Positions 13,030 through 26,955 are shown, numbered from the stretch's first letter. The stretch is DNA of 64,000 nucleotides from Octopus sinensis (GCF_006345805.1 NC_043003.1:99014001-99078000); one strand, 5' to 3'. Program-made: numbers and translations. The notes: a model not told the origin generated them from the letters alone.

Positions 13030-13320
13030 ACTCCCATGCCTGACTGCAGGCGAACAATTTTAAATTACTATCACACCAGAAAAAATCCCTCCACCAACGC
13101 TTTCTCCTAATGCGCTCATGAAAGTTTATACTGGCTTCATGCCCTTCGCAATACTCAGCCCCCGACATTTAAATACCATTCATATTACTCTACCAGCCAA
13201 AGGAGTTCCTTCCTCCAAACTATATAAAAATATAAAGCGAGAAACTGTAGTAGGATAACACCTGGTAACCCGAAACTTCGATGTCACTGTCAACCTTCTC
13301 CTCATGAAATTTTAATGTTC
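13030..13320 (+). mobile_element. Degenerate Penelope 3' fragment (GIY-YIG C-terminus plus pLTR remnant)
   Basis: YWLHALRNTQPP-like translation and hammerhead 3' half ccgaaacttcgatgtcactgt, similar to 57905-57928 on minus. Confidence 0.4.
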
Positions 13321-13421
13321 AGTTCTTATCACAACATAAAAACAAACACACGTACACACACATATATACACATACACACACACACGCACACGCACTCACA
13401 CACACACATACACACACACAT

Positions 13422-13852
13422 ATTCTTTTCTTTTTCTTTTATTCTTTTATTTTGTTTCAGTCATTTGACTGTGGCCATGCTGGAGCACCGCCTTTAGTCC
13501 AGCAAATCAACTCCAGGACTTATTTTTTGTAAGCCTAGTATTTATTCTATCGGTCTCTTTTGCCGAACCGCTAAGTTACGGGGACGTAAACACACCAGCA
13601 TCGGTTGTCAAGTGATGTTGGGGGGGGGGACGAACACAGACACACAAACACAAACATACATATATATATATACATATACATATATACGACGGGCTTCTTT
13701 TCAGTTTCCGTCTACCAAATCCACTCAGAAGGTTTTGGTCGGCCTGAGGCTATAGTAGAAGACACTTGCCCAAAGTGCCACGCAGTGAGACTGAACCCGG
13801 AACCATGTGGTTGGTAAGCAAGCTACTTACCACACAGCCACTTCTACGCCTA
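13422..13852 (-). mobile_element. SINE family A (tRNA head, CORE-like segment, internal TA/CA microsatellite, LINE-like tail), full length
   Basis: Matches many other copies in the window; tail ggcggtgctccagcatggccacagtcaaatgactgaaac plus A-rich repeat. Confidence 0.9.
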
Positions 13853-14233
13853 TATATATATATATATATATATATATGAATTGTGACAGCATAAACATTT
13901 TTTAAATTTTGAGAGGAAGAAAAATAATTCTTTATGGAAAAAGTAAATGATAAACTATAAATAATAGCACATAAGTGTGGGGATCAAAAACCCTTTAGAT
14001 GTGTTATGAATGTATGTATGTATGTATGTATGTATGTATGTGTGTGTGTAAGTAGGTAGGTAAGTGGGTTGAGTGTGTGTGTGCGTGGATGTGTGTTGAG
14101 CGTGTGGATGTGTGTGATTCACACGTATAACACTTGTTGTGCTTGCATACATATACATACGTAGATACACACATCTGATACTGCTCAAGCAATCAATCAA
14201 ATATTTATAAAAAAAACTTACCTCAATATATTA

Positions 14234-14277
<44 letters not shown>

Positions 14278-14319
14278 CATATATATATATATATATGTTG
14301 CCCGCCCTTTTAATTATAT

Positions 14320-14367
<48 letters not shown>

Positions 14368-14705
14368 TATATATACATACGTACGTACGTATGTATGTTT
14401 GTATGTATATAAGGAGCCGCAACTGAAGTTAATACCAAACATTATAAAGCTTCAGTTTACAAATATTTGGGTTCAGAGAAAGGGGTTAGTGAGTTAGGGT
14501 GACTCTGTTAACACCCTTGTAATTTTCGCACCAACTTTCAAAACACTATACATTTCATCTCCATGCATTACATCTAGCGAGCAGTACACGAACGCACTCA
14601 AGCATATGCATAGAAACCTACACGAGCACGCAAATGTGCCTGCCTTATGTGTGAGGAAATTCATTTCTAATATATTTTAGTGGCCCATATTTGTATATAT
14701 CTATA

Positions 14706-15058
14706 ACTATCAACATATATGCATACATACAAATAATATAGAATATTTGCATAATTGTACATACATAGTTATGTATGCATGCACGCACACGCGCTCACAC
14801 AGATACATACTCACACACACACGCACACAAGCCCACGCACACTCATACTTATATGTATATATAATGCAGCCGTGTGCACGCATACACTATCAACATATAT
14901 GCATACATACAAATAATATAGAATATTTGCATAATTGTACATACATAGTTATGTATGCATGCACACACACGCGCTCACACAGACACACACTCACACACAC
15001 ACAAGCACACGCACACTCATACTTATATGTATATATAATGCAGGCGTGTGCACGCATG
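14706..15058. repeat. Tandem duplication, two units of about 180 bp
   Basis: actatcaacatatatgcatacatacaaataatatag... recurs at 14706 and 14886. Confidence 0.9.
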
Positions 15059-15130
15059 CAATTAGCCCATAATTCTCCCACGGTCGCAGCATATATGTTA
15101 TAAGGATGACAAAAAAAATAATAATAATAA

Positions 15131-15310
15131 TCCTGTCTACTATAGACACGAAGTCTGAAATTTTTTGGAAGGGGCCTTGTCGATGACATCGAACCCAGTA
15201 CTCGATTGGTACTTAATTGATCGACCCCGAAAAGGTGAAATGCAAAATCGAATGTATAGCGACGGGCGAGTACCGCTAAGAATTTTGCCCGGCGTGCTAA
15301 TTGCCTTAAC
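15131..15310 (-). mobile_element. SINE B, degenerate
   Basis: gatcgaccccgaaaaggtgaa core and ccggcgtgctaa head. Confidence 0.7.
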
Positions 15311-15630
15311 AATAATAATAATAATCCTTTTTAACATTGGCTCAAGGCCCAATATTTTGAGAGTTCAAAATTGTTACTTATTTTATCGATCTCGAAACAG
15401 TTAGACTCAACAAAGGTACAAGTGTAGACCTTGTAATGGAGACGATGTTGAAAAGTGTCATTGTATAGAGAAGAAGTTACTCTACATGTGTAATTTCAAT
15501 ATCCTGTAACCGTTAGTAAAAAGTTATGCCCGCCTTTTCATTCCTTTTGGGACAACCCTCGAATGTATGCGTGTTTGTACGAATGTAAGCATATCTGTAA
15601 ATACGTATACATGGACATATATATTTTTAA

Positions 15631-15845
15631 TTCTTTCTTTTATTCTTTTATTTGTTTCCGTTATTTGACTGCGGCCATGCTGGAGCACCGCATTTAGTTC
15701 AGCAAATCGACCCCAGGACTTATTCTTTGTAAGACTAGTACTTATTCTATCGTTCTCTCTTGCCGAACCGCTAAGTGACGGGGGCGTAAACACACCACCA
15801 TCGGTTGTCAAGCGATGTTGGGCGGACACACACAGACACACAAAC

Positions 15846-15889
<44 letters not shown>

Positions 15890-16077
15890 GTATATACATA
15901 TACATACATACATGACGGGCTTCTTTCAGTTTCTGTTTACCAAATCCACTCACAAAGCTTTGGTCGGCCCGAGGCTATAGTAGAAAACACTTGCCCAAGG
16001 TGCCATGCAGAGGAACAGAACCCGGGATCATGTGGCTGGTAAGCAAACTACTTACCACACAGCCACTCTTGCGCCTA
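15631..16077 (-). mobile_element. SINE A, full length
   Basis: Family consensus match. Confidence 0.9.
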
Positions 16078-16124
16078 TATACTATTTATATACTTTTCTT
16101 TCTTTTTTTATTTGTTTTACTCTA

Positions 16125-17690
16125 TATCTTCTCACATCGTTCCGACCTTATCCAACAAGTCTCTACATAGAAAGTAACTGGAAGATGTACTTGGATGACT
16201 GTTTTATTCTTTGGCATGAAAGTTTAGAGAGACTCAAAGAATTTCAAGTGCTTATAAATGGAGTTGACGTAAACATTCAAGTCACGATGGAATATAGCCA
16301 TCAACAATTTCCTTTCCTCGACATCCTCATTAAGAAATCTAACAACGAAATAGAAACAGATATATATTATAAGCCCAGGACTCCAAGCAATATCTATCGT
16401 TCATCTCATGCCACACAGACACATTAGAATGAATATCCCCTTCAACCCAGCAAAAAGGATTTGTACTATAGTTTCAAATGCAAGCACCAGGGACACACGA
16501 CTACATGAACTAAAATATACACTCATCACCAGGAACTACCCCCATCACTAATTGATATATACTTTCAACGTGCCCTACAACTCAACCTCCACGATCTCGG
16601 ACATCCAAATTAAAGAAGGATTTACTACCAAAAGCCCTACCACACATCACACACGACCTACTTAACAATGAAGCCTTTGACACTATCCTCCCTTCTAAAA
16701 AGGGACCACAGAATGAATTTAATCCTCCAAACGCACACTATCATAAAAAGCAAAAGACAGCTCAAATCTATGATGTCTCCTAACATAAGCCCGAACACGC
16801 TCAACAACAACACTGAAGCCGTCAGAAAAAATGCGGGAGACTTAACTGTAGTATATGCGTCAACCTAATTGAGAGATCAGAGTTCTCTTTCAAACAAGAT
16901 CAACGTTTCACAATGAAAAGCAACTTCACATTTACTTCAGAGAACCTGGTATATGTGTTAACTTGCGCTGGGTCTCGTGAGCAATACATAGGCCAAACCA
17001 AAAACAGTCTACGTCAAAGGATAGCTCTGCACAGATCCTAGATCAAAATTCCGATAAACAGAAAAATAGCGTTCAGCGAACACATCGACATTTGCGCCAA
17101 TAACAAACAACCCAGCTTTAAAATTTTCCACTCAATCAATTCAGGGACAATACAACCTGTAGTCAGCGCATTAATAAAGGACCATTCTTCAACACAAAAT
17201 ATAAACCCCTTTTGAATGGATCCACCACAAATGAATTTATCACCAGGGACTTAGAATAACACACACGCAAGTATTAAAACGATATATTCAGAAGAGTTAC
17301 TTCACATAAATTTATTCAGAACAATTCCAATCACTACTATTCTAACCACAACGGGTCACTTTTACGTCACTTGACCTTTTAAGAGGATTTCACCAACATC
17401 CCGCTACTGTTATACCATTCCTATAATTCCAATCAAACTACCACTAGCTGCTGTTAGAACTCACAGGAGTCAAAAAGACGGAGACAGCCTGAAAAAGGAA
17501 AATGTCCATTGCATTTGAAAACTATGGAAATATTTAAAAAAAAACTTTTCATTTGATGTTTCCACAATTTGATTGCTTTTCATGCTTTACTCCAATTTGA
17601 AAAAGTCGCAAAGACTGAAACCGATACTAAAATGTCCTTCATGATAAAATTATTTTAGCCTTTTCTACCTTGTCTTATTTTCCTTACATA
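16125..17690 (+). mobile_element. Penelope-like (Neptune-type) retroelement, 5'-truncated: RT (YLDD), thumb, Cys linker, GIY-YIG, pLTR
   Basis: MYLDDCFILW, FPFLDILI..ETDIYYKP, KRICTIVS, KKCGRLNCSIC, NLVYVLTCAG..QYIGQTKNSLRQRI; ends in (TA)/(TG)n. Confidence 0.9.
17593..17630 (+). ncRNA. Hammerhead motif with U3-A8 core, degenerate stems I and III
   Basis: TTGAAAA-AGTC-GCAAA-GACT-GAAA-CCGA-TA; homologous to the cleaner copy at 22253-22290. Confidence 0.6.
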
Positions 17691-17694
17691 TATA

Positions 17695-17763
<69 letters not shown>

Positions 17764-17964
17764 TGTGTGTGTGTGGGTGTGTGTGTGGGTGTGTACTCCG
17801 TCCTAGTTTAAATTCCGCCGAGGTCAACGTTGCCTTTCATACTTTAGGGGTCGATAAAATGAATACCAGTTAAGCACTGGAGTGGATGTAATTCATTTAA
17901 GCCCTCCTCCAAAATCACTACTGGTCTTGTACCAAAAATTGAAACAAATACATTTATGTTCTTG

Positions 17965-18414
17965 TGTAATGCCAGAACAATGCGAGAAGATATAAAGTAA
18001 ACTACGAAAAAGAAAATAAACATAACAAAGTTGTAGATTTATCTTATATTTTTATATTTCGGGGCTATGACCCTTTCCTCAAGACTTGTGAAAACCGAAG
18101 GATGGGAATGGAAAAAGGTTGTTGCTCATGATATATTGGGGATGAACGGTGACTCGCGCAGACTGGTGTTGCTCTAGTAAGCAGTCTGCTTTATTTTTTC
18201 TTTATTTTTTCTTTTACTTGTTTCATTCATTTGACTGCGGCCATGCTGGAGCACTGCCTTTAGTCGAGCAAATCGACCCCGGGACTTATTCTTTGTAAGC
18301 CCAGTACTTATTCTATCGGTCTCTTTTTGCCGAACCGCTAAGTGACGGGGACGTAAACACACCAGCATCGGTTGTCAAGCAATGCTACGGGGACAAACAC
18401 AGACACACAAAAAT

Positions 18415-18451
<37 letters not shown>

Positions 18452-19100
18452 CTTATATACGACAGGCTTCTTTCAGTTTCTGTCTACCAAATCCACTCAC
18501 AAGGCATTGGTCGGCCCGAGGCTATAGTAGAAGACACTTGCCCAAGGTGCCACGCAGTGGGATTGAACCCGGAACCATGTGGTTGGTTAGCAAGCTACTT
18601 ACCACACAGCCACTCCTGCGCCTATACATCTTTATGTACATATTTTCTGCAGTTTATAGACGGCCTCTGTCTGTTAATAAGGAGGGCCTCCATGATCCTG
18701 CGATTGCCTCTGTTACGTTCAGTGATCCTAATTTATATCTTGAAATCGTAGATCCGGCACTTCCGTAGGTATTTTTGGATTAATGCACATATGCCTTTTT
18801 TTATTCAAAGTATAATTTCCTGGTGGTGCTCCCAATCTACGATGCCTCACATTTACTGCAGATTCCCTCGTATATCACATTGGCCCTCGAGCACATTTTG
18901 AATTCGTTGATGGGACAATTGCATAGTGCGCGCTCCCTGATGCTATCTGTGGTTTTACTCCAGGACAGAAATTTCCTCAGGGACCGGTATGCACCATCTG
19001 TATGTTGAGTCCCTCCACAGGAGTCGCATGTTATGTAGCAACAGCGGCTCTGTCATCGAAATAGGAAAGTTTAAGGGGGTACATGATCCTTCTGATGTGC
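17965..19100 (-). mobile_element. Penelope-like fragment of another family (GIY-YIG plus pLTR), interrupted by a SINE A
   Basis: Minus translation LCNCPINEFKMCSRANVIYEGICSKCEAS*IGSTTRKL; degenerate hammerhead TTGAGGAAAGGGTCATAGCCCCGAAATATA at about 18050-18085. Confidence 0.7.
18195..18624 (-). mobile_element. SINE A, full length, young
   Basis: Family consensus match. Confidence 0.9.
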
Positions 19101-19124
19101 TTTATACACACATATATTTACAGA

Positions 19125-19650
<526 letters not shown>

Positions 19651-21799
19651 GGGTTAATAGGCATAATGAAATTAATGTAATTAAAAAATTTACTTCAATT
19701 GTAAAATCATAGCGTTCTGCGTTTAACTTTCCTGAAGCCAATACTGTTGGCTAAGATCACACATGATTACATAGACATGCAATGACGTAGACATACGTGT
19801 TTGTATGTGTGTTTGTGCGTGCATGTGTGTGCATATACGCCTGTGCGCATAAACGTCTATAAGTGTTTGTTAGTAAGGTGTGTGTGTGTAAGTGTGTAGA
19901 AACTATTCAATCAAATTAATCAAAGCGAAAGGGGCTCTAAATAATTAAATTGTGGGAAAACTATCGTGTGAACCTGAGTTGTTTCTCATACGTCCCCATG
20001 CTGTTAAAACCTCCGTATCCACAGTCCTACATCTCTCTGAGGTGGTTAAAATAATTGTAAGGTCAAGTTTTGGAACATACTAGACCTCAACAAATTTGTG
20101 ACTCCGTGTTACTGTTTTAGTGTTAGAAATCATACTTGTTTCTAGAAATATTCAGTCATAGATTATCTGGAGGACAGGAGTAGATTGTAAAGAAAGGGGA
20201 ATTTTCCCTTAACTCTGTTTAACGACTTCTCAGGAGAGTTTTTAAAAAGAATTGTTTTATTACTAGTGGTAGCTTAATTCGATAGAAATAGCAATAAAAT
20301 ATTTCCTGAAATCACTCGATAGCTTTATATCGAGGGAGGACATGTTTGATTATGTAGTCCTGCATAACCTCGAAGAGACAGAATGATCTTGATTTGAAAA
20401 CATTTGTTGGTATCTCTGCTCATTCAGAGTTGAGCTGGAGCTAAACACCACCATTAGCAATAACAACAATATCTATTGTTCCTTTAGTTGTTAGCCCTAA
20501 CAGGATGCGTATTTTATATACTAACTGAACCATCTGTTGTCAAATCGAATTGCTTTGACTCTTTACAACTTCACTTATACTCCCACACAATATGCAGAGT
20601 GGTAACAAGAGTGATTGCACTATATCATATTATATGCTGACTATTTAATGTGTTGGCGCGGGTGGGATTGTTAGCAAATTCAAATATGACGAGAATGGAT
20701 CTTTCAATGAGCAAGATAAAAAGAGATTGAATAAATGTCGTTCGATAAGGCAAAAAATGGAGGAAGCTTCATTGCCAAAATATTGGATATCCCCTAAAAC
20801 ATATTCCTGTTCGACTTACCTCAGGCACTCACTTATACAATGACAAAGGATAAAGAACCATCTAAGAACGTACCTGCAATCAGCCACTCATCATGCATAC
20901 GCGTGTGTATCATCAAGAAGAGGTCCCCTTATTGATAGTTGTATACATCACCCAAATTTTCCCCCAAATCATTCCACACCGTCATAAAAATGGATGAACA
21001 AATTTTCGCAGATTTTTTATATTGGTTTCAAATTTTGGCACAAGGCCAGCAATTTCAGATGAGTAGGTTAGACGACTTATTTTATCAACAGGTACTTATT
21101 TTATCAACACCAAAAGGATAAAAGGAACTCAACTTCAGCGGAATCTGAGTGCTAACAGTTCTGCCAGCTCGCCGTCCTAGCAGATTTACTATAGATAATT
21201 CTACGAAGACAAGTTCGTGACGGAATGTCTTCACTAACGCATCAAAAACCTGCTTTATCAGGGTTGACATCGAGCTAAATAATAACAAAAAAGATATTGT
21301 TCTATTGAGGCTAACAAATCTGGTTGTGGCCTTTGAAGCTTCTGTGGGAAATAAAGACTGCCTGGTTTACTTTATCAAAGTTGGTGACAAAACTATGTCC
21401 AGGACCATAGTTATTGATATTATGTAGGTGAATAGTATATAATCCTTTGTGCAATAACTTCTGTCAGAAAAACAGTCCTCTTTGTTGAGCTAAAATATAA
21501 TAACATGTATAAGTTACCCTAGAGTCATTTTTCGAAATTCAAAAGTACTTCCAGAAAAATACACATTGTACTGAGTCTTTGACCGTCAACCTCCAGCGGT
21601 ATCTCTTCCTCCTCTTTCTGTCTTTAAGTCTTTATATCCCTATCGATCCCTGCCTCTCGTTACATTTTTCCCTTACCCCCACGCCTGTATCTTCATTAAT
21701 TGCTAACTTGTTCTCAGCTACCATATTTCAAGAAATATATTACGTTTTCTGCAAACTTCACTCGTCATGTGCATATGTGTATTACGTCTGCGAGTTTTG

Positions 21800-21972
21800 T
21801 GTGTATATATATATAGATGTGTGTGTGTGTGTATGCATGTATGTACGTATGTATGCATACTTATATATATATATACATATATATATATATACATAATATA
21901 TACATATATATACATATATATATACATATATATACATTATATATATATACATATATATATATATAATATATA

Positions 21973-22018
<46 letters not shown>

Positions 22019-22035
22019 ATATATACATTATATGT

Positions 22036-22088
<53 letters not shown>

Positions 22089-22099
22089 ATATATATATA

Positions 22100-22162
<63 letters not shown>

Positions 22163-22165
22163 GTA
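21800..22165. repeat. (TA)n microsatellite
   Basis: Direct tandem repeat. Confidence 0.95.
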
Positions 22166-22189
22166 TAAGGGTGAAAAGGAACACACGAG

Positions 22190-22375
22190 TTGATATATAT
22201 GAAAAAACAAGTCAAGATAGCAAATGCTAAAATAATTTTATGAAGAACATTTCAGTACCGGTTTCGGTCATTTTGAGACCTTTTCAACTGTAACAATTAA
22301 ATAATTAAATTTAGAAAAATTAAAAGAAAAGTTTTTTTAAAGGAATATTTGTATAGTGTTCAAATATAAGTGGCA
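22190..22375 (-). mobile_element. Solo Penelope pLTR, same family as the 3' end of 16125-17690
   Basis: Reverse complement aligns by eye with 17510-17690. Confidence 0.8.
22253..22290 (-). ncRNA. Type I hammerhead ribozyme with U3-A8 core
   Basis: CAG-TTGAAAA-GGTC-TCAAAAT-GACC-GAAA-CCGG-TA-CTG: stems I and II pair, palindromic stem III ACCGGT, GUA cleavage triplet. Confidence 0.8.
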
Positions 22376-22846
22376 TTCTGCCTTTCTCTGTCTCCCTTGT
22401 TTGCACACATAGCCCAATGTCATAATTCAAAACTAACGCAGCGAAAATTTTGTAAAGTTCCCCCAGTTTTGAAACAAATCGATAAATTCGACATAGGGTC
22501 GAGAATCTCAGCTTTTTATATGCAACACATTTTCTGTTGTAGTTTTCGCAACTTGCAATCGATTTTTCACCAAACTCATGATGTGAAGCTTAATGTTACC
22601 TAAGAAACTTAATTCTGACGTTAGTTTTCCATGCAATACCTTACCATCAGAAAAAATCGATAAAATCATGCCATTTGGGGAAATCGCGTTTTCGCCCAAA
22701 GGGAGAGCTAGGAACATCGTATGCACAGAAGACATTGCAACCTACACATGCACCTTCGTTCCCTAGAGGGAAAGGACTAGATTGGGATTAGTCGTTGCCT
22801 ACTAGGGGCTCTTACATACCCGGGCAACGCCGGGCTATGCTGCTAG
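22376..22846 (+). mobile_element. Non-autonomous Helitron-like element (3' end clear, 5' end uncertain)
   Basis: GC-rich hairpin cccgg-gcaacg-ccggg (22819-22834) 8 nt upstream of terminal CTAG followed by T. Confidence 0.7.
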
Positions 22847-23000
22847 TATATATATATATATAGGACAGAAGAACCTCGCAACACAACACAACCATTTACT
22901 GACATATATATATATATATAAATATATATCCATGTGTGTGTTTGGGTGTATAAACTTTTATAAAGACAGGGTATTTAATGACATCAAAGTTTCGGATTAA

Positions 23001-23046
23001 TCACCTGATGAAGTCTGATGGAAGTGAGAAAGCCGAAATTTCGAAA
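23001..23046 (+). ncRNA. Degenerate hammerhead motif in a short TA-flanked insert (about 22960-23135)
   Basis: CTGATGA-A-GTCT...AGCC-GAAATTTC; one stem II mismatch, weak stem I, AATAAA downstream. Confidence 0.45.
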
Positions 23047-23183
23047 TCAGTATCATTCTCGACCCTGTAACAGTGAATAAATAAATAATCTACTAAAGAT
23101 AATTAAAAAATCATTCAGTTTAACGTTTAATCATTTATATATATATATATAATTTGACATAAGAAACATTAATATATATATAC

Positions 23184-23454
23184 GCAATGGCCCAGTAGGG
23201 CAGAGGACTCGCGGTCGCAGGATCGCGGTTTCGATTCCCAGACCGGGCGTTGTGAGTGTTTATTGAGCGAAAACACCTAAGCTCCACGAGGCTCCGGCAG
23301 GGGATGGTGGCGATCCCTGCTATACTCTTTCGCCACAACTTTCTCTCACTCTTTCTTCTGTTGGCCTGCTCGCTTAGGCTGAAACAATGCGAAGCGCATT
23401 GAGACCAGCGATGTGTAACAACATCTGATAGCCCGGTCGGTCACGTGATCACGT
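23184..23454 (+). mobile_element. SINE family C head with a distinct tail
   Basis: Head nearly identical to 49715-50098, tail ends ggtcggtcacgtgatcacgt then (TA)n. Confidence 0.8.
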
Positions 23455-23724
23455 TATATATATATATACACTCACATGAATATCTACGTAAGTATGTATT
23501 CATGTGAGCGTATGTTGATGAATGTATGTTTTATACTCATCCATTACAAGCTCGAGCAAATATTCCAGTTGATACAACTGACTATTCCTCGTCGACACCG
23601 ACGGATATCCATTTTTTATTACATCACTGTATCTTAGTATATACATGCATGTATGTATATATGTATATATATTTTCATGTATATGCGGATATACGAATAT
23701 GCTAAAATATATATATATATATAT

Positions 23725-23762
<38 letters not shown>

Positions 23763-24151
23763 GCATATAAACATATATACATATACTTCAAAATACATGC
23801 ATATAGGTGCAGTATATATTATGCATACATATGTGTGTATGCGTGTGTGTGTGTGTGTGAACGCACACTTATTTGATTACATGGAAATGTGTGTATATAA
23901 GCCCGCCTCTTATAGCGTGTGCACTTAGGTAACAGTCTCCATTGCAATTTTGTGTATTGAATATCTACTGACGAACGCGATATGTGAAACCTTGGCTTCA
24001 GACTTAATTACCTTCAAACTGAGATATGAAAACATTGACGTTTTTACAAAAATGTTGTTTACTTTTTAAACTAATAGCAACACGATCTGACAACATATAT
24101 ATGCATATGTAAACATATATATACATACATATATATTTATGTACATAGGTA

Positions 24152-24260
24152 TGTTTGTTTTGTTTTTTGTTTTTTCCAGTTTCAGCTCTTAGCTGTGGCC
24201 ATGCTGGACCGCATTAAAAAATATGGAACGCTTCACGAATTTGCGTGTCATCCTGCGCAG
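24152..24260 (-). pseudogene. U6: Chimeric retrocopy: 3' 45 nt of U6 snRNA (24216-24260) fused to a LINE/SINE-type 3' tail
   Basis: Minus strand CTGCGCAGGATGACACGCAAATTCGTGAAGCGTTCCATATTTTTT equals the metazoan U6 3' end (one A missing), followed by gcggtccagcatggccacagctaagagctgaaactgg and an A-rich repeat. Confidence 0.9.
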
Positions 24261-24281
24261 TTATATAATTATATGTATGAT

Positions 24282-24319
<38 letters not shown>

Positions 24320-24414
24320 ATATATACGTATGTATGTCGTATACATATATATTTATACATACATGCTCATACAAAAATATGTGTATATAAATATATGTGT
24401 ATATGTATGCCTGC

Positions 24415-24454
24415 GTATAGATCGATCAATAGATAAACAAACAGACAGACATAT

Positions 24455-24487
<33 letters not shown>

Positions 24488-24572
24488 AAGACAGACAGCT
24501 AGAGACAGACAGATTGATAGACAGACAGACAGATAGCTAGATAGATAGACAGATAGGTAGATAGATAGATAG

Positions 24573-24665
<93 letters not shown>

Positions 24666-24666
24666 T
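24415..24666. repeat. (TAGA)n/(GA)n microsatellite
   Basis: Direct tandem repeat. Confidence 0.95.
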
Positions 24667-25094
24667 TGGAATGTATGGTAAAACTTTAGTAAACATGCAA
24701 CTTAAAATCGATCTAAAATGACAGAATAGTTAAAACAGTTTTTTCTCTTTAACTTTGGGGTCAGAAACCGGAATGGTCTGGACTACTTTCTGAATACATG
24801 AAAGCTTTACCAGAAAAATGTTTCTAATCTTCTTCTGCTGGAATCTATAGCGTCTTAAGATGTATACAAACCCAGACAGAAATTAACACTGTGTAGTATA
24901 TTGTTAATTAATTAATCCATATTTTAAGAGCCTGCTTAACAATATGATATATAATGAAATTCTTTGTTGCTGCTTTTTATCATTTTAAATTGAAGACGAA
25001 CCATTAGTAACCTTATAAATGACCTTCGATATTTAAAGTGAAAAATCTGCCTTTGAGCTGAAAACTATCTATTCGACCAACTTATGGATATTTT

Positions 25095-25301
25095 TTTCTT
25101 CTTTTTTGTTTCTTTACTTGTTCAGTCATTTGACTGCGGCCATGCTGGAGCACCGCTTTAGTCGAGCAAATCGACCCCGGGACTTATTCTTTGTAAGCCC
25201 AGTACTTATTCTATCGGTCTCTTTTGCCGAACCGCTAGTGACGGGGACGCGTAAACACACAGCATCGGTTGTCAAGCAATGAGGACAAACACACAACAGA
25301 T

Positions 25302-25345
<44 letters not shown>

Positions 25346-25510
25346 TATATACGACAGGCTTCTTTCAGTTTCCGTCTACCAAAACACTCACAAGGCATTG
25401 GTCACCCGGGGCTATAGCGAAGACACTTGCCCAAGATGCCACGCAGTGGGACTGAACCCGGACCATGTGGTTGGTTAGCAACTACTTACCACACAGCCAC
25501 TCCTGCCCTA
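25095..25510 (-). mobile_element. SINE A, full length
   Basis: Family consensus match. Confidence 0.9.
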
Positions 25511-25879
25511 TGTTATACTTTCATTAAAAGGAAATTAACCATTTTCTATTCACCGAAAGATATGTTGCTTATACTGTATAAAATGTCAGATAGAATTAAA
25601 CTGGTCTGTTTATTTTGCATAACTGCAATTTTTACAAGTTTAGATCTGGCCGCATTTGTTTAGAAAATTGCACTAACAAAGCTTTTATCTACACAACATA
25701 CTGAGCTCATGTTCGGTAGCGTGAGATTTAACTCAAAGTTATGTAGGTACAAAGTAGTTTTAGTTATATTATTATTTGTGGGGATATATTTAGCAGCGAT
25801 TATTTATATTTTCATTTACGATTGTTTCTATAATAAAAGGATTTAAAAAACACAAAACAAATACAATTTGTGGCTATAA

Positions 25880-26103
25880 TGTGTGTGTGTTTGTGTGTCT
25901 GTGTTTGTCCCCCTAGCATTGCTTGACAACCGATGCTGGTGTGTTTACGTCCCCGTCACTTAGCGGTTCGGCAAAAGAGACTGATAGAATAAGTACTGGG
26001 TTTACAAAGAATAAGTCCCGGGGTCGATTTGCTCGACTAAAGGCGGTGCTCCAGCATGGCCGCAGTCAAATGACTGAAACAAGTAAAAGAGTAAAAAAAG
26101 AGT
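25880..26103 (+). mobile_element. SINE A, 5'-truncated
   Basis: 3' half and gtaaaaga tail. Confidence 0.9.
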
Positions 26104-26175
26104 ATATGGAAACACATAACAAATACAAATGAGTACTAACCATATACTAATATTACTTTCAAGTAATAATAATAT

Positions 26176-26385
26176 TGATTTCAAATTTTCGCACTAGGTC
26201 AGCAATTTCGGGGGAGGGAGTAAGTCGATTACATCGACCCCAGTATTCAATCGATACTTATTTTATTGACCCCGAAAGGATGACAAGCAAAGTCGACCTC
26301 AGGGGAATTTAAACTCAGAATGTAATGACGGACGAAATGCCGCAAATCATTTTGTCCGGCATGCTAACGATTCTGCCAAATCGCC

Positions 26386-26423
<38 letters not shown>

Positions 26424-26638
26424 TAATAATTATCCTTTCTACTAAAAGTACAAGGTCCGAAATTTGCGGGGAAGGGTCTTCTCGGTTACATCGATCCAGT
26501 GTTTGACTGGTACTTATTTTATCGATCCCGAAAGGATGAAAGGCAAAGACGGCCTCGGCGGAATTTGAACTCAGGACGTAAAGACAGAAGCTTAGCGGTA
26601 TTTCGTCCGGCGTGCTAACGATCTGCCAGCTAACAGCC
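26176..26638 (-). mobile_element. Two SINE B copies with different tails separated by (TAA)n
   Basis: Two Meta-like cores and heads. Confidence 0.8.
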
Positions 26639-26639
26639 A

Positions 26640-26653
26640 TACAAATAATAATA

Positions 26654-26689
<36 letters not shown>

Positions 26690-26870
26690 TTTTAAAAAAT
26701 ATAATATAATAATATAATAATAATATAATAATAATAATAATAGTGATGATGATGATGATATAATAATAATAATAATAATATAATAATATAATAATAATAA
26801 TAATGATGATGATGATGATGATGATAATAATAATAATAATAATATAATAATAATAATAATAATATAAATT

Positions 26871-26901
<31 letters not shown>

Positions 26902-26915
26902 GATGATGATGATTA

Positions 26916-26953
<38 letters not shown>
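26640..26953. repeat. (TAA)n/(TGA)n microsatellite
   Basis: Direct tandem repeat. Confidence 0.95.

Positions 26954-26955
<2 letters not shown>

Noticed and set aside
20560-20880. Possible L2/Rex LINE C-terminal remnant or host exon
   Set aside because: Too degenerate to support; stops in the candidate frames
23530-23996. Two hammerhead-like motifs (about 23550-23600 minus, 23968-23995 plus)
   Set aside because: Core or cleavage-site geometry broken; cannot be distinguished from chance
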